From NCBI GenBank assembly GCA_016191115.1, contig JACPPG010000035.1, forward strand, positions 2,681-66,680: a stretch of 64,000 bases of DNA, in the 5' to 3' direction. Both the position numbers and the translations under genes were made by a program. This document shows, piece by piece, positions 58,314 to 64,000 of the stretch. The notes below the pieces were generated by a model. That model was not told the DNA's origin and did not search any database. It saw nothing but the letters and a program-made list of their open reading frames with translations. How positions within the stretch are numbered: position 1 is the stretch's first letter; each line of letters starts with the position of its first letter. This stretch comes from Planctomycetia bacterium. Lineage in GTDB: Bacteria; Planctomycetota; Planctomycetia; Pirellulales; JACPPG01.

Positions 58314-59867
58314 TCACTCGCCGTGGGATCCAGCCGCGCCGTCGCTGGCTTCAATCGCTCGCCACAGCTTGAGCGGATGGTCGGTCTGAATCAGGTCGAT
58401 GCCCCAGTCAATCGCCTGGCGATAGGCGTCGACGCCGATGCCGCTGGGGGCGTCGGAGAAAACGCGAATCGAGCGGGCGTGACAATGGTCGATGTAATCC
58501 TTGGAGAGGGCCCGCCACGGTGTGTCGACTGCATACGGCGCAAGCCGCTCGGCGAGCGTGTCCACGGCCGCGGTCGAGCCCGCGGGCGGCAAGTGGCGGA
58601 TGCGCGGATTGATGGCTTTCAGCTTTTCGAGATAGGCCGGGCTCTGATAGACGACCGTCCGCTCCACCAGGCCATGCCGCGAAACGGCCTCGGCGAGTGC
58701 TTCGGGCGTGATGTCCTTGGCGTCGAAATAGAGACCCATCGAAGGCGGGAACTTTGACAGGTATTCCGTTAATTCCGGAACATTTGCGTGGGCGAACGGC
58801 TGGCCGAACCAACGCCCGGCGTCAAGCTTGAGAACCGCTTGCGAGGTGGCCTGTCGAATCGCTCCGCGGCCGGTCGTAGTGCGGTCGAGATTGCCGTCGT
58901 GCAAGAGAAAGAAGCCGCCGTCCTTGGTGGTGCGGACATCGATCTCGACGTAGTCGGCGTGCAGTCGGGCCGCCTTTGCCAGGGATTGCAGAGTATTCTC
59001 CGGCGCATAGCGCGAAGCGCCGCGGTGTGCCGCGTATTGCACGTGCGGGCGCTTCACGCGCTTGGCGATCGCGTGAACGACGAACTCCTCCGGCACTTCC
59101 GTGCGCACCATGTCGGCGCCGGCGGCGATCAGGCTGTCCCATCTCTCAGGTCCATCGCGCGGTCCGCACGCGTCGGCAACCACGGCCACGCCCAGGGTGT
59201 GGAAATCGCGACAGACGTCGGCCGTCGCTTGAACGGCGGCCACGTTCACCGCGGCCGGCTTGGCGTCCTCTTTCCAGAACTTGACCGGCGCCTCGGGCGA
59301 CCAGGATTCGAGCGTCGCCAGCCCGCCGGCCGCACGTTGGCGGACGCTCGCGAGCACTTTCGGCTCGCCCGCGACCAACACGCGATCTCCGAGCGACGCT
59401 TCGCCGAGCTCACGAACGAATCTTTGTGGGTCGACGTCCCGGCAAGCCACGATCAGGCCGATCTTGTCCTTGACGGCGGACAGGCATTCGGGCAACGTCA
59501 TGATCCGCTCCCCGGCGAATCTCGGCGCAAAGCCAACCCCCAAGTCGACGGCCTGCAATTCGGCGAGGGTGTAGCTGGTCAGCAGCCGGCCGCCCGGCGA
59601 GGCGCCATCCAGTTGAGCGGCATCAAAGACGATATGGCGGCCATCTTTGGTGCGCCGCACCTCGACTTCGAGCCACTCGAGCCCGTCCTCGATCGCCATC
59701 TGGATCGGTCGGACCGTATTGGAGGGGGCCTGCTGCGTGTAGCCGCCGGGTACAACGACGCGGGCCCGCCCCGGCGGGGCAAAAAGCCCGCCCGCATCCG
59801 GCGCGGCCACGGCGCTCGTCGCCAACAGCGTGAAAACCATGCTGGTCAGGGCGAATATACTGAGCAT
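58314..59867 (-). CDS. Secreted tandem glycerophosphodiester phosphodiesterase (degenerate first domain)
   Basis: Domain 2 has AHRG..PENT..EIDVRTTKDG..HD; domain 1 has VPGG..APSNT..EVEVRRTKDG..FD (catalytic His residues absent). Confidence 0.88.
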   Translation of the reverse strand: MLSIFALTSMVFTLLATSAVAAPDAGGLFAPPGRARVVVPGGYTQQAPSNTVRPIQMAIEDGLEWLEVEVRRTKDGRHIVFDAAQLDGASPGGRLLTSYTLAELQAVDLGVGFAPRFAGERIMTLPECLSAVKDKIGLIVACRDVDPQRFVRELGEASLGDRVLVAGEPKVLASVRQRAAGGLATLESWSPEAPVKFWKEDAKPAAVNVAAVQATADVCRDFHTLGVAVVADACGPRDGPERWDSLIAAGADMVRTEVPEEFVVHAIAKRVKRPHVQYAAHRGASRYAPENTLQSLAKAARLHADYVEIDVRTTKDGGFFLLHDGNLDRTTTGRGAIRQATSQAVLKLDAGRWFGQPFAHANVPELTEYLSKFPPSMGLYFDAKDITPEALAEAVSRHGLVERTVVYQSPAYLEKLKAINPRIRHLPPAGSTAAVDTLAERLAPYAVDTPWRALSKDYIDHCHARSIRVFSDAPSGIGVDAYRQAIDWGIDLIQTDHPLKLWRAIEASDGAAGSHGE

Positions 59868-60037
59868 CGGCCAACTAGCGCGCGGAGGTGGGCAACGAGA
59901 TGCAACCGGGGCAATAGCCCGAACATAAGAGCGACCCGAGCGCGGGTCAACCGGCTCGGCGCATAGAAAGGCCGCCCGATGCGCATCGCATCCCGGGCGG
60001 CCTTGCACCGGTCAATCGTAGGGCCCAGCGTCGTGCG

Positions 60038-60502
60038 TTAGCACTTGCCGCAGCAGCAGGGCATGTTGTTGAAGCACACGCAGCACGAGCAGCCGGCTTC
60101 CATGCACTTCGTCATGCAATCGCAGCAGGCCTGAACCATCTCGCAGCAGGCCTTGTCGCCGCTGGTGCACGTGATCGTGCAGCCGTCCTTGGTCATGTCG
60201 CACTTGCAGGTGCACATGGCCATGTTGCACTGGCACATGACCATGCCGTTCATCATCGCGCAGCAACTGCACATGCCCTCGCACATCATGCGGACCATGT
60301 TCTGCAACATGGCGCACGACATCTCGTCGTCGCACTTGCAGTGGATTTTCATGCCGCCCGAGCACTTTTCCATCTTCATCGTGCAACGCGGCACCATGCA
60401 CGCGCCCATGCTGGGCATGGACATACTGGGGGCGGGCATGGACGAGCCCATCGTCCCCATCGGGTTCATCATGCCGCGATCCATCATCATCATGCTGGAC
60501 AT
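60038..60502 (-). CDS. Extremely Cys/Met-rich small protein of unknown function
   Basis: AAGGAGGA SD before ATG 60502; 154 aa with about 31 Cys and 34 Met by hand count; strong GC3 codon bias (TGC, AAG, GAC). Confidence 0.85.
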   Translation of the reverse strand: MSSMMMMDRGMMNPMGTMGSSMPAPSMSMPSMGACMVPRCTMKMEKCSGGMKIHCKCDDEMSCAMLQNMVRMMCEGMCSCCAMMNGMVMCQCNMAMCTCKCDMTKDGCTITCTSGDKACCEMVQACCDCMTKCMEAGCSCCVCFNNMPCCCGKC

Positions 60503-60681
60503 CGATTCCGTCCTCCTTGTTGCCAAGCTGGCCGCGACTCAAGCACTGCCGTGCAAGCTGGAAAAGTCGCAGCGATCGTCAGCGTCGGCTGTGAGTTATG
60601 GCCTACCTCCAGGAAGTTTCCGGTCGGCAAGCGTCCTTGGATCCCAGGCCTCCCGCACTCGGGTCAGCGAACTATCCACCC

Positions 60682-60709
60682 AATCTAGCGATCGCCTCCA
60701 AAGTTGCAA
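60682..60709 (-). promoter_or_regulatory. Putative sigma70-type promoter for the Cys/Met-rich gene
   Basis: Minus strand TTGCAA-16 bp-TAGATT. Confidence 0.4.
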
Positions 60710-61002
60710 GTCCTTTTGCACCAATCAGTTGTATCATCACAAAGCGCATCGCCTAGCTGACCTATCTGCTAGCGTCACACGGTGGGAATCGAAGCGCCGT
60801 TTAACGCTAATCGCGCATTCAACCTGGCTTAAAGCGCTGCGCCCAACGCAGTTTTCCTATCTGTCCGATTCTGACGGTTGAATTGCTTAATCCGACTTCC
60901 GCGTGCCGTCCGATACGGCTTACAGCCCCCTCCTGCCGCGCGCCACCTCCGCGCCCCGCCCATACGCCTCGATCACCGTTCTCCCCAGAATTTCGCACTC
61001 CC

Positions 61003-62382
61003 ATGGCCGCAAAGCGCACCCAACAACTGTTGAGCCTGATCGGCAACACGCCCCTTCTGAGAATCTCCTCACTCGACACCGGCTGCTGCGAGTTGCTCGT
61101 CAAGCTCGAGTCGCAGAATCCCGGCGGATCGATCAAGGATCGCATCGGGCGATCGATGATTGAAGCCGCCGAACGCGCTGGTCATGTGGGCCCCGGCTCC
61201 ACGCTCGTGGAAGCGACGGCCGGAAACACGGGACTGGGGCTGGCGCTTGTGGCTGCGCAGAAGGGGTACCGCCTCATCCTCGTCATCCCCGACAAGATGA
61301 GCCAGGAGAAGGTGTTCCACCTCAAGGCGCTGGGCGCCACGGTCGTCATGACGCGCAGCGACGTCGGCCGAGGCCACCCGCAGTACTATCAGGACCTGGC
61401 CGAGAAGATCACCCGCGAGACGCCATGCGCCTTCTACCTGAACCAGTTCAGCAACCCGGCCAATCCGCACGCGCACGAGACGACCACCGCGCCCGAGATT
61501 TGGGAGCAAACCGACAACCGCTTGGACGCCGTGGTGTGTGGCGTCGGCTCGGGCGGAACGATCACCGGCATAAGCCGGTACTTTGCCCGCGTCGCGCCGC
61601 ACGTCGAGATCGTGCTGGCCGATCCACAGGGGTCGGTGTTGGCCGAGTACATCCAGACGGGCAAAGTCGGCGAAGCCGGCTCCTGGCTCGTGGAAGGGAT
61701 CGGCGAGGATTTCATTCCGCCGCTTGTCGATCTGTCACGCGTTCGCTGCGCCTACACGATTCCGGATGCCGAGAGCCTGGTCACCGCCCGCGACTTGCTG
61801 CGGCTGGAAGGGGTGCTGGCCGGCTCCTCGTCGGGGACGCTCGTGGCCGCCGCGCTGCGGTATTGTCGCGAGCAGACGACGCCCCAGCGCGTCGTCACGT
61901 TCGTGTGCGACTCGGGCAACAAGTATCTGTCCAAGATGTTCAACGACTATTGGATGGCCGACCAGGGGCTGCGACGCGGCCCGGCCTTCGGCGACCTGCG
62001 CGACGTGATCGTCCGCCGCTTCGCCGACGGCGGCGTGGTGAGCATCGGTCCTGACGAGCCTTTGAACATTGCCTACTCCCGGATGCGACTGTACGACGTG
62101 TCGCAGTTGCCGGTGCTGGAGAACGCCCGCGTCGTGGGCATCCTTGATGAATCGGATTTGCTTTTGGCCGCTGCCGGCGATCCGCGCGCCTTCGGCCGCG
62201 CGGTGCGCAAGGTGATGACTACGCGCCTGGAAACGGTCTCGCGTCACGCGCCGGTCGAAGAGTTGCTGGCGATCTTCGACGCCGGGAAAGTCGTCATCGT
62301 ATTGGACGAAGAGGGATTTCACGGATTGATCACGCGCGTCGACGTGCTCAACCACTTGCGTCGTCAAAACAAAGCCGCGTAG
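61003..62382 (+). CDS. cbs: Cystathionine beta-synthase with C-terminal CBS domains
   Basis: IGNTPL, KLESQNPGGSIKDR, EATAGNTG, GVGSGGT and DSGNKYLSK; tandem CBS domains (SQLPV..GILDESD). Confidence 0.92.
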   Translation: MAAKRTQQLLSLIGNTPLLRISSLDTGCCELLVKLESQNPGGSIKDRIGRSMIEAAERAGHVGPGSTLVEATAGNTGLGLALVAAQKGYRLILVIPDKMSQEKVFHLKALGATVVMTRSDVGRGHPQYYQDLAEKITRETPCAFYLNQFSNPANPHAHETTTAPEIWEQTDNRLDAVVCGVGSGGTITGISRYFARVAPHVEIVLADPQGSVLAEYIQTGKVGEAGSWLVEGIGEDFIPPLVDLSRVRCAYTIPDAESLVTARDLLRLEGVLAGSSSGTLVAAALRYCREQTTPQRVVTFVCDSGNKYLSKMFNDYWMADQGLRRGPAFGDLRDVIVRRFADGGVVSIGPDEPLNIAYSRMRLYDVSQLPVLENARVVGILDESDLLLAAAGDPRAFGRAVRKVMTTRLETVSRHAPVEELLAIFDAGKVVIVLDEEGFHGLITRVDVLNHLRRQNKAA

Positions 62383-62393
62383 GGAGTCGCGAT

Positions 62394-63677
62394 ATGGACA
62401 TGCTTCAGGCGGGGTGCAACGGACTGCGAGATTCGACGCAAACGGGGCTTGTGCTGCACGTGGATCCGCCGAAGCGCCGACATGCCTTTGCGACGCGCGC
62501 GATCCATGCCGGCCAATCGCCCGACCCGACGACCGGCGCGGTCATGACGCCCATCTATGCCACCAGCACGTATGCGCAGCAATCGCCGGGCGTACACAAG
62601 GGATACGACTACGGCCGCTCGCACAATCCGACGCGGTTCGCCTTCGAGCGTTGCGTGGCTGACCTGGAGAACGGCACGGCCGGTTTTGCGTTCGCCTCCG
62701 GCCTGGCGGCCATTGCGACCGTGCTCGATCTGTTGCAGCACGGCTCGCACGTCGTTGTGTGCGATGATTTGTACGGCGGCACGTATCGCTTGTTCGAGCG
62801 CGTCCGCCGGCGCAGCGCTAATCTGGACTTCACGTACGTCGACCCGACGAAGCTTGCGTCGCTCGAAGCGGCCATCCGGCCCAACACCCGCATGGTATGG
62901 ATCGAGACCCCGAGCAATCCGCTGTTGAAGCTGGCGGACCTGGAGGCGATCGCCGCGACCGCGAAGCGGCGCGGGCTGGCGGCCGTGGCCGACAATACGT
63001 TCGCCACCCCCTTTGTGCAGCAGCCGCTGGACTGCGGTTTCGACATCGTCGTCCATTCGGTGACGAAATACATCAACGGCCACTCCGACATGATCGGTGG
63101 GATCGCCGTTGTCGGCGAGAACGCCGAGCTGCGCGATCGGCTGGGCTTTTTGCAAAACGCGCTAGGGGCCATCAGCGGCCCATTCGACAGCTTCCTCGCA
63201 CTGCGGGGCGTGAAGACCCTGGCCTTGCGCATGGAACGACACTGCGAGAACGCGCTCGCCATTGCCGAGTGGCTGGCCGCGCGGGCGGAGGTGTCGCGCG
63301 TCTACTATCCCGGCCTGGCGAGCCACCCGCAGCACGCGTTGGCGCGGCGGCAGATGAAAGCGTTCGGTGGCATGGTCTCCGTAGTGCTGTCGGGCGGAGA
63401 GTCCGCGGCGCGCCGTTTCCTCGAGCGGTGCAGCGTGTTCACGTTGGCCGAAAGCCTCGGTGGCGTGGAAAGCCTGGTGGAGCACCCCGGATTGATGACG
63501 CACGCCTCGATCCCCGCGGCGCAGCGAGCCAAAATCGGCATCGACGACGGGCTCGTGCGATTGAGCGTGGGCGTGGAAGCGATCGAGGATCTGATCGACG
63601 ATCTGGACCAGGCGCTAGTCGTGCGGCGGAAGTCGAACGCCATGTTCAATGGCGCTAGCGGCCGTGCTGCAAGCTAA
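62394..63677 (+). CDS. Cystathionine gamma-lyase/synthase (Cys/Met metabolism PLP family); start may be downstream
   Basis: TRAIHAGQ, YGRSHNPT, DDLYGGT, ETPSNP, DNTFATP, HSVTKYINGHSD and LAESLGGVESL. Confidence 0.92.
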   Translation: MDMLQAGCNGLRDSTQTGLVLHVDPPKRRHAFATRAIHAGQSPDPTTGAVMTPIYATSTYAQQSPGVHKGYDYGRSHNPTRFAFERCVADLENGTAGFAFASGLAAIATVLDLLQHGSHVVVCDDLYGGTYRLFERVRRRSANLDFTYVDPTKLASLEAAIRPNTRMVWIETPSNPLLKLADLEAIAATAKRRGLAAVADNTFATPFVQQPLDCGFDIVVHSVTKYINGHSDMIGGIAVVGENAELRDRLGFLQNALGAISGPFDSFLALRGVKTLALRMERHCENALAIAEWLAARAEVSRVYYPGLASHPQHALARRQMKAFGGMVSVVLSGGESAARRFLERCSVFTLAESLGGVESLVEHPGLMTHASIPAAQRAKIGIDDGLVRLSVGVEAIEDLIDDLDQALVVRRKSNAMFNGASGRAAS

Positions 63678-63729
63678 CGCGGCAGATCGCATCGCCGCGA
63701 CGATCGCGCATCTTTCTTCACGGTCATAG

Positions 63730-64000
63730 CTATTCTCCGCCGCCGATGAAAAGCATGTAGCCTGCCATGGCAATGCCAATGAGCGCGAGAACGACAGCCA
63801 CGATGATAGCCAGCGACCGGCGCGGCGGGCGGTAGGCGGCACCTTCATCCATGCGCCGCAGCAAGAGCGCGTGCTCCCACGCGGCCATCATGCTGACGAC
63901 CACGCCCAGCAGGATCAGCCCCGTCCCGATCCACAGCGAGAAGCCCGACCGCGGCGCCTGCAGCAAATGCTCGGCGACGGCGATCTCGCGCAGGAACAGA
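63730..64000 (-). CDS. DUF202/YidH-like membrane protein (5' end beyond window)
   Basis: Two visible TMs (SLWIGTGLILLGVVV; LAIIVAVVLALIGIAMAGYML); frame open to the window edge. Confidence 0.65.
   Translation of the reverse strand, partial: LFLREIAVAEHLLQAPRSGFSLWIGTGLILLGVVVSMMAAWEHALLLRRMDEGAAYRPPRRSLAIIVAVVLALIGIAMAGYMLFIGGGE

Noticed and set aside
60012-60881. His/Asp-rich (60012-60542, minus) and His/Met/Ile-rich (60153-60881, plus) ORFs
   Set aside because: They are alternative frames of the ATG/TGC-rich Cys/Met gene, which has the SD and the GC3 bias.

Overview
High-GC chromosomal window of a planctomycete, probably Pirellulales-like. The evidence is DUF1549/DUF1553, DUF1501, DUF1559, an LEPRxLL-type secreted protein, PEP-CTERM/dockerin proteins, and ECF-FecR and ECF-Ser/Thr kinase pairs. 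It holds about 45 CDS, including ku, mtnA, purM, glgX, dsbD, cystathionine beta-synthase and gamma-lyase/synthase, plus two gene remnants. I recognised no rRNA, tRNA, CRISPR array or transposase. Highlights: (1) a ~154-aa protein that is ~42% Cys+Met with a two-fold internal repeat, divergently paired with the CBS/CGL transsulfuration operon (candidate sulfur-storage or metal-binding system). (2) Two MITE families (7 copies of up to ~157 bp and 2 copies of 122-124 bp), both with CAGG..CCTG ends, 10-11 bp target duplications and the same REP-like hairpin core; one copy is inserted in frame in a signal peptide and another abuts the start of a kinase. (3) A lower-GC two-gene AbiEi-like/nucleotidyltransferase islet. 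(4) A CxxCH heme-sensor Ser/Thr kinase coupled to an ECF sigma factor. (5) A GDPD-reductase-aminotransferase-GHMP kinase-EamA operon. (6) A 55-aa Flp pilin missed by the ORF track. All family assignments come from reading motifs by eye, not from database searches.
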